Position numbers and translations under genes: made by a program
Part shown: piece by piece, positions 1 to 7,951 of the stretch
How positions within the stretch are numbered: position 1 is the first letter of the stretch
How the letters are laid out: the number at the start of each line of letters is the position of its first letter
Assembly: GCA_965215605.1 (NCBI GenBank)
Contig: OZ244070.1
Coordinates: 1,824,001 to 1,888,000 of the forward strand
Reading direction: 5' to 3'
DNA from: an uncultured Candidatus Binatia bacterium
GTDB lineage: Bacteria; Desulfobacterota; Binatia; UBA9968; JAJDTQ01
Length of the DNA stretch: 64,000 nucleotides
Notes under the pieces: model-generated
The model's input: the letters and a program-made list of their open reading frames with translations, nothing else
Told to the model about the DNA's origin: nothing
Database searches by the model: none

Positions 1-2
1 AG

Positions 3-173
3 TGGCGTGCCGAGGGTTTCGATCCGCGCAACCTTCACGCCTTCCGCAAGGCGTATCCCGCGGGCGAGAATTTCGTGGTCACGTCCGACACGGAGCGGTC
101 CTACACACGGCGTGACGGCAACGCCCAGTACCGGTTCGTGGGGCTAGCCGACCTCATCGGGCGGCTTGCCTAG
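3..173 (+). CDS. 3' end of a probable AAA+ ATPase/DUF4143 protein (partial, runs off the window start)
   Basis: My translation from nt 3 reads WRAEGFDPRNLHAFRKAYPAGENFVVTSD...VGLADLIGRLA* (TAG 171-173). It resembles the tail after the ExKW motif of DUF4143 proteins (compare ECKW in 34221..35432). Not in the ORF track. Confidence 0.5.
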   Translation, partial: WRAEGFDPRNLHAFRKAYPAGENFVVTSDTERSYTRRDGNAQYRFVGLADLIGRLA

Positions 174-175
174 CC

Positions 176-1066
176 ATGGAAACGGGTATCGCCTACGCGC
201 TGGCGGCCGCGCTGTTCTGGGGGACCTCTCCGGTGCTGGTGAAGCGCGGCCTCAGACGCTCCAACATCAGCGCGGCGGTGCTGCTGCAGTCGGTGGGCTC
301 GGTGGTTGTCCTGGTGCTGATCCTCGCGCTCCCGTTCGGCGAGGTCGAGCTCGCCATGCCGTGGACCGCGGCCGGCGTGTTCGTGTCCGTGGGCTTGGTG
401 GGAAGCTTCCTGGGCCGCACCTTCGCGCTCAAGGGTATCGACGAGGTGGGAGCTTCCAAGGCCCAGTCCATCGTCAACTCCGCGCCCCTGCTCACCGCGG
501 TCTACGCCATCGTCCTCCTGGGCGAGACCGCCACCCCGCTGATTCTCATCGGCGTGGTGCTTATCGTCAGCGGCCTCCTGGTCATCACCGGCGGAAGCCC
601 CGACGACGAAGACCGGCGGCCCTTTCGGTTGAAGGCGTTCCTCAACCCCCTGCTGGCCATCGTGTTCTTCGGTTTCGGCCCGATCCTCAAGAAGGTCGCG
701 ATCCTGGCGGGCGGGACGCCCATCCCCGGGTCGCTGATCACCCACGTCACCGGCCTGGCGCTCGTCATGTCCTTCGGCCGGTTGCTGCGTATCGACTGGC
801 GGGAAGGCATCTGGCTCACCGGGGACAGCTACTTCTTCCTGCTCCTGTCCGGGTTCTTCCAGGGGGTGGGATCGGTGTTCACCTATCTCGCGGTGGCTAA
901 TGCCCCGGCCATCATCGTCGCCCCCATCTGGAACGTGCAGCCGCTGGTCACGTCCTCCTTGGCGCGGCTGCTCCTGCAGGGGGACGAGGCGGTCACGTTG
1001 AAGGACGGTCTGGCCGCGGTGCTGGTGGTGGCCGGCGTCTTCTTTCTCTTTCAGTCACGGGGGTAG
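176..1066 (+). CDS. DMT/EamA family transporter
   Basis: 296 aa, about 10 hydrophobic segments in two repeats; ALFWG start, LLGET and LLQGDE repeat ends. Confidence 0.85.
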   Translation: METGIAYALAAALFWGTSPVLVKRGLRRSNISAAVLLQSVGSVVVLVLILALPFGEVELAMPWTAAGVFVSVGLVGSFLGRTFALKGIDEVGASKAQSIVNSAPLLTAVYAIVLLGETATPLILIGVVLIVSGLLVITGGSPDDEDRRPFRLKAFLNPLLAIVFFGFGPILKKVAILAGGTPIPGSLITHVTGLALVMSFGRLLRIDWREGIWLTGDSYFFLLLSGFFQGVGSVFTYLAVANAPAIIVAPIWNVQPLVTSSLARLLLQGDEAVTLKDGLAAVLVVAGVFFLFQSRG

Positions 1067-1103
1067 CGGAATGCGTCATTGCCGCAAAACAGCCCTCTCA
1101 CCC

Positions 1104-1137
1104 TTGATATTCTCCAAAATTGGACTATATTAAGTCC
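1104..1137 (+). promoter_or_regulatory. sigma70-like promoter with overlapping palindromes (probable TA operator)
   Basis: TTGATA(1104)-16-TATATT(1126); palindromes TCCAA-aa-TTGGA (1113-1124) and GGACT-N6-AGTCC (1122-1137). Confidence 0.5.
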
Positions 1138-1154
1138 TGATATGGATTGATGAA

Positions 1155-1592
1155 ATGTCGCGCACACCCGCATATCCCGAGACCCGTCATGACCCCCCCG
1201 AGGTCGCGGACCTGTCTAGTCGCGCAGAGCGTTTGCGGCTCACTCCGGACGCCGTGCGCGCCTTCTTCAATATCATGGACTGCTGGAAGATCCGGGACGA
1301 AGATGCCCGCCGTCTGCTCGGCGGCATCTCGAACGGCGCCTACTACGCGTTGAAGAAGGCACCTCGCCGCCCGCTCGACGAGGACAGGCTGCGCCGGATT
1401 TCGTACTTGGTGGGGATCTTCAAGGCCCTGAATGTTCTCTACAGCGACGAATTGGCCGATCTGTGGATGCAACGTCCGAACCGGAACAGGATCTTCGGCG
1501 GGCTGACTCCGTACCAGTACCTCGCCCGAGGCGGCTTGCCGGCGTTCGCGACCGTGCGGAAGCTGCTGGATGCGCGGCGGAGCGGCCATTGA
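1155..1592 (+). CDS. Xre/MbcA/ParS-family antitoxin (DUF2384-like)
   Basis: RISYLVGIFKAL...ADLWMQRPN...FGGLTP...VRKLLDARR pattern; lies directly upstream of a RES gene. Confidence 0.85.
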   Translation: MSRTPAYPETRHDPPEVADLSSRAERLRLTPDAVRAFFNIMDCWKIRDEDARRLLGGISNGAYYALKKAPRRPLDEDRLRRISYLVGIFKALNVLYSDELADLWMQRPNRNRIFGGLTPYQYLARGGLPAFATVRKLLDARRSGH

Positions 1593-2281
1593 GGATTCCC
1601 GCTCATTCACGGATTCGACAAGCACACACGCACCGGCTGATTCCCTCGAAGTACAGCGAGAGCGGAGACAGCGTCCTCGCCCGGATCGCGGACAACGACG
1701 ACCACCTTCGTGGGATACTGGAACTCGACCTCGCCACCGACGAACGCCTCGTGGCCGAAGCGGATCGGGCATCGGGCATCGGCATCGACGAGCTCGTTTC
1801 CAGCATTCCCCATGCCGGCATCATCAATGCCGCCTTCGCCCACGCCCACCCCTTGGGCAGCCGTTTCAGCGGCCCGGACCGCGGCGCCTGGTACGCGGGC
1901 GCCGAACTGGCCACGTCACAGGCCGAAGTGGCGTGGCACAAATGGATCGAGCTTGTAGAGGTCGACTGGCTGGAGGAGAGCGTCACCTACGACGACTATC
2001 TCGCGGACTTCGCTGGCGAGTTCCACGACATCCGGGAAGACTCTGCCTTCGAAGGTTGCCTCGATCCGGCCAGCTACATCGAGTCCCAGGCGCTCGGAGA
2101 GACCCTTCTCCACCAGGGATCGCCCGGCATCGTCTATCCCAGCGTGCGCCGCAAGGGCGGCACCTGCCTCGCCTGCTTCCGTCCCGCCTTGGTGGACAAC
2201 GTCCGCAAGGGTGCGCGTTACCGCTTTACTTGGCGCGGATCGCCGACACCGGTCGTTCGCCTTGAGCAACGTTATCCGTGA
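1589..2281 (+). CDS. RES-domain toxin (NAD+ phosphorylase family)
   Basis: HRLIP, SRFS, WYAG, AEV, Y..SQ and GIVYPSVR motifs. TTG start at 1589 overlaps the antitoxin stop (TTGA). Confidence 0.85.
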   Translation: MRIPAHSRIRQAHTHRLIPSKYSESGDSVLARIADNDDHLRGILELDLATDERLVAEADRASGIGIDELVSSIPHAGIINAAFAHAHPLGSRFSGPDRGAWYAGAELATSQAEVAWHKWIELVEVDWLEESVTYDDYLADFAGEFHDIREDSAFEGCLDPASYIESQALGETLLHQGSPGIVYPSVRRKGGTCLACFRPALVDNVRKGARYRFTWRGSPTPVVRLEQRYP

Positions 2282-2302
2282 CGCCGGCCGCAAGGCTTCG
2301 CG

Positions 2303-2626
2303 CTACGTCAGCTCCCCGAACACGGCGATCCAAATGCACGGAGGCGTCCGGCTGGTGTAGTTGACCCGGTGGCGGCGGTGGGCGGGTATCAGCACGTGGT
2401 CGCCGGCGCCGAGTTGCAGTGTCTCTCCGTCGTCGTACTCCAGCACGGCCTCGCCCTGGATCAGCATGACCCATTCGTCGCGGTCCTGGTCGTACCACTG
2501 ACCGGCGGGCGCCACCCGGCCGCGGGAGACGATGCGTTCGATCTTCACGCCCCGGTCGGGAATGAGGTCGGTGAACTCCTCGTCGTCCGGGAGCGGATCG
2601 GGCAGGTTGTAGAGGTTAACCTTCAT
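2303..2626 (-). CDS. cupin domain protein
   Basis: IERIVS.G...WYDQ..DEWV...GEA.L...GDHVLIPAH.RHRV..T...IW.AV; start moved to the ATG at 2626. Confidence 0.85.
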   Translation of the reverse strand: MKVNLYNLPDPLPDDEEFTDLIPDRGVKIERIVSRGRVAPAGQWYDQDRDEWVMLIQGEAVLEYDDGETLQLGAGDHVLIPAHRRHRVNYTSRTPPCIWIAVFGELT

Positions 2627-2695
2627 GAAGTCCCTTGTAACGAGAAGCAACGATTCACTGGGCCGACACTCTGTCTGCCTCATTGGACAAAGGGG

Positions 2696-3289
2696 TTACC
2701 TTGGTGACCCCGCGTGCATTGCAGTGATGTCCAGCCATGGCGGAGGGTTGTCTGCTACCCACCTTGACTCAGGCGTCAGAATCGCGACCTCGCGATATGG
2801 ATTCTCAGGGCTGGCATTGTCGTAGATCCGGGTTTCCTCGGATAGTTCGACGGCCGCCGGAAGGTTCGCTAGCGAGCGAGCAAACCTCCGTCGCACATCC
2901 TCTTCCGGCACGTCGTGACAAGCTATCCGGTTGGCGATCCGGTCCAGCGCCTGGGCGACGGAGTTCACCGAGACGTAATGCAACGCGATCCTATATCCTG
3001 CGGAACGGGCTTGATCCATGACGAGAAGCATGGTCTTGCCAGCCAGCGTGGTTTCCACGACGACTGTTCTGCAATTGACAAGAGCGGCGCGACGTCTCCG
3101 CACAGCCTCGCGACGGGCTGTGCGGCGGCGCACGGCACTTTCGAGATCACCGAGACTAGTGCGGCGGCGGGCTATGGCGTCAGGGTCGATCAACTCCACC
3201 CCACCGAATCGCCTGGAACGTGTCAGCGTGGATTTCCCGGATCCGTTCGGCCCGGCCACGATATAGAGGATCGGCGTGGCCGAAGGCAT
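2696..3289 (-). CDS. zeta-toxin-like P-loop kinase/ATPase
   Basis: AGPNGSGKST, IDPD.IA, ETTLAG, RI..R...HDVPE..VRRRF, YDN motifs. Confidence 0.8.
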   Translation of the reverse strand: MPSATPILYIVAGPNGSGKSTLTRSRRFGGVELIDPDAIARRRTSLGDLESAVRRRTARREAVRRRRAALVNCRTVVVETTLAGKTMLLVMDQARSAGYRIALHYVSVNSVAQALDRIANRIACHDVPEEDVRRRFARSLANLPAAVELSEETRIYDNASPENPYREVAILTPESRWVADNPPPWLDITAMHAGSPR

Positions 3290-3301
3290 GGGCGGGCGGA
3301 A

Positions 3302-3499
3302 TCAGGCGTTCTTGCCTGCGCCCGGCGTGACGATTTCGTCACCACTCTTGGTCCGGGCGACATAGGCGCCATCCTGGCGATACCCGTAGAGTGTGCCACC
3401 AGCCTCGACTTGAGCAGCGAGATCGGCCCTGATCCGATCTCGCCATGCAGCCTGTTGAAAAGGCTTCCCTGAGGCCTCGGTGTCTTCGCCCTTCACCAT
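3302..3499 (-). CDS. small hypothetical protein, probable partner/antitoxin of the zeta-like ATPase
   Basis: 65 aa, ends 12 nt before the ATPase start, preceded by its own promoter. Confidence 0.6.
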   Translation of the reverse strand: MVKGEDTEASGKPFQQAAWRDRIRADLAAQVEAGGTLYGYRQDGAYVARTKSGDEIVTPGAGKNA

Positions 3500-3505
3500 G
3501 GCTGG

Positions 3506-3534
3506 ACTTTAGGTAGAGGATGCCCGAATTGCAA
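3506..3534 (-). promoter_or_regulatory. sigma70-like promoter, probable leaderless transcript
   Basis: Minus strand TTGCAA-17-TAAAGT, then 6 nt to the ATG at 3499. Confidence 0.55.
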
Positions 3535-3605
3535 GGTCTGAAAACCAAAAGCCACACAGGACTTGTCTGGACTGGGGATTGAATTGGCCCGGAGCATGGC
3601 GCTGG

Positions 3606-4673
3606 TTAACCGGCATGCTCCGGCGGACGGAACACGGCGAACACCTTGTCGGAGTTGGAGATCCAGGACTCCAGGAAGACGATGTCGTCGGGCTTGCGGC
3701 CAAGCTCGGACATGGCGCCGGCGAGGGCGAACCAGTTGAGCAACTCGTGGTGGCCGCGGTCCTCGGCTTCCGGGAGGTTGGTCTGGCGCCAGGTGTTCCA
3801 GTCGCCGTCCCGGAGCGCCTGGAAGTAGCGCTTGTCGGATTCCACGTCCGGGTACATGAAGGCGTGCTTGGCGGTGAGGAACGAGTGGGACCAGCTCGAC
3901 GAGGCGATGAGCGCCACCTTCCACGGACTGTCCAGAAACGCCCGGGCGGTGGCGGCGCCGATGTCGAAGCAGCGCCAGGGCTGGGGGCCCGGCGGGTCGA
4001 ACTGGTCTTCGATCTCCCGGGCGGCCGAAGGCGTCAGCGGGACACCGCGGCTGCCCACGAGCTTGCGCCCGTAGCTGTTCACCGTGAAGGGCAGCACCGG
4101 GTAGGGAAACCCCCGCCGGTCCCAGTCGAGGTAGAGGATGGAGTTGACGAAGGCGTGGCCCAGGCCGCGGTGGAGCGGCTTGTAGGAGTAGGCCACGTCG
4201 AAACCGTTGTCCAGCAGGCTCGATGCCAGGTACTTCCCTGCCTCCTGGTGCCCCTGGATGGTGAAGATCTTGTCGTCGGGCTCGTCCCAGACGTTGGCGC
4301 CCCGGCGGCTGTGGGTCCACGGCTGCGCGTCCACCGAGTCGTAGGCGAGAATGGAGAAGGCCGGGACGCAGTCTTCCTTGTAGTTCTCGTACTGATCGTC
4401 GCCCCACAGCAGGCAGAAGTCGGGCTGGAACTCGTCCAGGGCCCGGCGGGCGATGCGGAAGCGGTCGATCAGGTCATGGCGGTGGGCGTCGGAGTGGCTC
4501 TGGCCGTCGTCCGTGCTCCACTGCGCGCGCATGGGCGCCGGCCAGTTGTCCATGTCGCGCAGGCGTTCCGGCAGCGCGGGATCCTCCAGACACATCTTGA
4601 TGCGCCGGGTCATGTTCCCCTGGAAACCGAGTCCGGGGTAGTGCGTGATGCCCAGGCCGAGTATCTCTCCCAT
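3606..4673 (-). CDS. LigB-like (class III) extradiol ring-cleavage dioxygenase family protein
   Basis: GITHYP, WGDDQYEN, GFDVAYS, GLGHAF, ALIASSSWSH and GHHELLNW motifs. Confidence 0.75.
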   Translation of the reverse strand: MGEILGLGITHYPGLGFQGNMTRRIKMCLEDPALPERLRDMDNWPAPMRAQWSTDDGQSHSDAHRHDLIDRFRIARRALDEFQPDFCLLWGDDQYENYKEDCVPAFSILAYDSVDAQPWTHSRRGANVWDEPDDKIFTIQGHQEAGKYLASSLLDNGFDVAYSYKPLHRGLGHAFVNSILYLDWDRRGFPYPVLPFTVNSYGRKLVGSRGVPLTPSAAREIEDQFDPPGPQPWRCFDIGAATARAFLDSPWKVALIASSSWSHSFLTAKHAFMYPDVESDKRYFQALRDGDWNTWRQTNLPEAEDRGHHELLNWFALAGAMSELGRKPDDIVFLESWISNSDKVFAVFRPPEHAG

Positions 4674-4717
4674 GTCCTTTCCCCTTCTTCCGTTCCGGGA
4701 CTCTCAAGGGCCGTCGG

Positions 4718-5437
4718 TTACGGCAGCGTCTGCAGCAGGCGCCCAAAGCCCTCGACGGGCTCGCGGATATGGAGGCGCTTCTGGGTCGCCCACAACTCCG
4801 CGTTGAGATTCGTAACCACCGGCACCCCGAGGTCCTCCTCCAGGTACTCGATGGCGGGCAGGCAATCCCAGCCCGCGCCCAGGAGGTAGACGCACTCCCC
4901 GCCGTGCTCGAGGAAGGCCTGCTTGGCCTCGCGGTAGATCACCTCGGCGGGAATGTTGCCGACATCGGAGAAGGGCACACCCTGGATCTCCCTTACGCCC
5001 GTCACCGTGAAGCCGGCCTGCTCGATGAAAGCGGCGAACCTGGCGTTCATGGGGCCCTGGATGTACGAGAGCGCCGCCATGGTGCGCACCTCCAGCACGC
5101 GAAAGGCCTCCACCTGCGCGGTGGTGGCGGTGAGCACCGGCACGCCGTACTCCCGGGTGAGCCTCTCCGTCAGCTCGCCGTCGAAGCGGTAGCCCCGGAG
5201 CATGATGGGCGGCACCCCCTGGATCACCACCAGGTCCACCCCGAACTCGGCCAACTCGGCCACCCTGGATTCGGCCACGGCGATGGCTTCGTCGAACTCG
5301 GCCTCGGTGCCGGCGCGGACGCCGACGTAGCGCGGTACCACGCACACCCCTTCCGGCAGGAGCCGCGTGAAGGTCTCCAGCGACCCGGGCCGGAACGTCG
5401 GTTTCACCACCCCTACCTTGCCGCGCCAGCAGTACAA
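4718..5437 (-). CDS. maleate isomerase/arylmalonate decarboxylase (Asp/Glu racemase superfamily)-like protein
   Basis: KVGVVKP, LPEGV, GVPVLTA, IEYLEEDLGVPVVTN..A.LW; canonical catalytic Cys residues not apparent. Confidence 0.75.
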   Translation of the reverse strand: MYCWRGKVGVVKPTFRPGSLETFTRLLPEGVCVVPRYVGVRAGTEAEFDEAIAVAESRVAELAEFGVDLVVIQGVPPIMLRGYRFDGELTERLTREYGVPVLTATTAQVEAFRVLEVRTMAALSYIQGPMNARFAAFIEQAGFTVTGVREIQGVPFSDVGNIPAEVIYREAKQAFLEHGGECVYLLGAGWDCLPAIEYLEEDLGVPVVTNLNAELWATQKRLHIREPVEGFGRLLQTLP

Positions 5438-5496
5438 TGCCTGTCCTCCTGGTTCCCGAGGGTCAACGTCTCACAAATAAACGCCGGCAACCGGCA

Positions 5497-6321
5497 TTAC
5501 ACGGCGATGGTCTGGCCGCCGTCCACCACCAGGGCGTGGCCGGTGACGAAGGAGGCCTCGTCGGACACCAGGAACAGGACGCCGTAGGCCATCTCCTCGG
5601 GCCGCGCCATGCGCAGCAGGGCCTTGTTGCTGTCGGCCATGCGCTTGCGCTGCTCGGGGGTGGCGGCCTGCAGCGACGGTACCGGCGGGTGCCCGCGGAA
5701 GCGCGGCGTCTCGGTGGCGCCGGGGCAGATGCAGTTCACGCGGACGCCCTTGGGGCCGTAGTCCAGCGCCATCTGCCGGGTCAGGCTGATGACCGCCGCC
5801 TTGGTGGCGCAGTAGGCTGGGTAGTTGGCCGAGGCCAGCAACCCGAAGGTGGACGCGGTGCTGACGATGTTGCCGCTGCCCTTCTCGATCATGTGGGGGA
5901 CCACCGCCCGGACGCTCCTCTGGATGGCGTTCAGGTTGAGGTCCATGATGAAGTTCCACTCCTGGTCCGTGTGTTCATGAACCTGCTTGCGTATGCCGCC
6001 GCCGGCGTTGTTGTAGAGGATGTCCGCGCCGCCGTACCGGTCCATGGCCGTCTTCATCATCTCCTCGGGACCGCCGTCCGCGGTCACGTTCACGTTCAGA
6101 AAAGTGGCCTCGCCGCCTTCGTTGATGATGAGCTCGTCCACCCGCGGGGTCAGGGTCTCCTGGATGTCGCAGCACACGACGCTGGCCCCCTCGCGCGCGA
6201 ACAGCCGCGCGGTGGCCCGACCGATGCCGCTGTTGGCGCCGGTGATGATGGCCACCTTGCCCCGCAGCCGCCCCAGCCCCTCTCTCAACATGGGATGCTC
6301 GTCGTTGTTGGCGTTCGCCAT
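5497..6321 (-). CDS. SDR family oxidoreductase
   Basis: TGANSGIG, NNAG, YCATK, VRVNCICPG, VDGG. Confidence 0.92.
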   Translation of the reverse strand: MANANNDEHPMLREGLGRLRGKVAIITGANSGIGRATARLFAREGASVVCCDIQETLTPRVDELIINEGGEATFLNVNVTADGGPEEMMKTAMDRYGGADILYNNAGGGIRKQVHEHTDQEWNFIMDLNLNAIQRSVRAVVPHMIEKGSGNIVSTASTFGLLASANYPAYCATKAAVISLTRQMALDYGPKGVRVNCICPGATETPRFRGHPPVPSLQAATPEQRKRMADSNKALLRMARPEEMAYGVLFLVSDEASFVTGHALVVDGGQTIAV

Positions 6322-6462
6322 GGCTTAAGCCTCCTTGGATTGTGTGCCTTGTGGCTCATTCTCCCTTATCCGATTGCCGTATGATTGCCAAGCGAGCCTG
6401 GGACGTTTACCCCTCCGATTGGCCCTATCGCCGTTGCCTTGGAGGTGTCGACGTCCCGCGTC

Positions 6463-6480
6463 CGTCATTCCCGTGCAAGC
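6463..6480 (+). repeat. half-copy of the GTCATTCCCG palindromic repeat family
   Basis: CGTCATTCCCGTGCAAGC resembles the left arm of the element at 51289. Confidence 0.35.
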
Positions 6481-6578
6481 ATGCCTCTAGACAACATCAA
6501 GGACCATGTGTCCGGGCCGGGCTCGGGTTAACCTCGCCCGGACAATCCGCTACAGTGTGATCATCAAGGAGGACGGAC

Positions 6579-7466
6579 ATGGACCAGGCGGACGAGAGAT
6601 ACGTGGATGTGGACGGCATCCGCACCCGCTACTTCGAGAAGGGCAGCGGCGAGCCGGTGGTGCTGTTCCACGGCGGCAACTTCGGCTCCAACGACGCCGC
6701 CGACTGCGCCCTCGACTGGGGGCTCAACTTCCACGGCTTGGCGCAGTGGTTCCACGTCTACGCGGTGGACAAGCTGGGGCAGGGGATGACCGACAACCCC
6801 AAGAGCGACGAGGATTACACCATGGCCGCGGTGGTGCGGCACGCCTTGGGCTTCCTGGAGACCCTGAAGCTCGGCAACGTCCACCTGGTGGGCCATTCCC
6901 GCGGCGCCTACCTGGTGGCGCGCATGACCCTGGAGCGCGCCGACCTGGTCAAGTCCGTAATCCCCGTGGACACCAACACCCTCGCCCCCGGTGTCGGACG
7001 CAACGACATCGTCTTCGCCAACGCGCCGCAACCGCGCCTGGGCCGGGAGTGCCAGCGCTGGGTGTTCGAACGGTACTCCTACGGCCACGGCCACATCACC
7101 GACGACTGGCTCGACGCCTGCGTGGCCATCGGCCAACTGCCCAAGTACAAGGAGGCGGTGGAGAAGATGGAGATCCAGGGGCTCAAGACCAACCTCTTCC
7201 TGGCCGCCCACGCGCGGCAGAAGGAGGAGACCCTGGGCTGGATCCGGGACCGCGGCCTGCAACGGCCCACGCTGCTGGTGTGGGGCTACAACGACCCCAC
7301 CGCCACCCTGGACCAGGGCATGCGCCTGATGGAGCTCATGGCCGGGAGCGAGCGCCGCACCCAGATGCACATCATCAACGAGGCCGGCCACTTCTCGTAC
7401 CGGGAGCACCCTCCGGAGTTCAACGAGGTGCTGAGAGCCTTCATCGCGGGCCAGCAATCCGGGTGA
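6579..7466 (+). CDS. alpha/beta hydrolase (meta-cleavage product hydrolase-like)
   Basis: HGG oxyanion motif, GHSRG nucleophile elbow, WGYND acid, AGH catalytic His. Confidence 0.85.
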   Translation: MDQADERYVDVDGIRTRYFEKGSGEPVVLFHGGNFGSNDAADCALDWGLNFHGLAQWFHVYAVDKLGQGMTDNPKSDEDYTMAAVVRHALGFLETLKLGNVHLVGHSRGAYLVARMTLERADLVKSVIPVDTNTLAPGVGRNDIVFANAPQPRLGRECQRWVFERYSYGHGHITDDWLDACVAIGQLPKYKEAVEKMEIQGLKTNLFLAAHARQKEETLGWIRDRGLQRPTLLVWGYNDPTATLDQGMRLMELMAGSERRTQMHIINEAGHFSYREHPPEFNEVLRAFIAGQQSG

Positions 7467-7558
7467 AGCTGGCGAAGTAACCGGCCCGTGGCTTGAAAAA
7501 AGCCCGTTCCATGAACCATAAAGGGAATGAAACAGAAAACAATCTTGGAGGTGACACC

Positions 7559-7900
7559 ATGGGCAAATACATGTTCCACACCACGTACACCGGCAAGGGG
7601 CTGGTGGGCCTGCTCAAGGAGGGCGGCAGCCGCCGGCGGGCAGCGCTGACCCAGACCATCGAGGGCATGGGCGGCAGCGTCGAGGGGCTCTACTATGCCT
7701 TCGGCGATACGGATCTCTATATCATCGCCGACCTTCCCGACGACGCTACGGCGACCGCGGTCTCGCTCAACATCGCCAACGCCGGCGCCCTCAATGTCCG
7801 GGCCACCGTGCTGATCACGCCGGAGACGGTGGACGAGGCGGTCAAGAAGAAAGTGCCCTACCGGCCGCCCGGAGCCCGGGCCACCCGCGGCCAGAAGTAG
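7559..7900 (+). CDS. GYD domain protein
   Basis: YT..G..GL...GG..R...GG.VE..YYAFG..D...Y.PPG; GGAGG RBS before the ATG at 7559. Confidence 0.85.
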   Translation: MGKYMFHTTYTGKGLVGLLKEGGSRRRAALTQTIEGMGGSVEGLYYAFGDTDLYIIADLPDDATATAVSLNIANAGALNVRATVLITPETVDEAVKKKVPYRPPGARATRGQK

Positions 7901-7951
7901 GGTCGAAGCGGCGGCACCGGCTTGAGCGGGCGCCGGTGCCCGTTTCCAATC

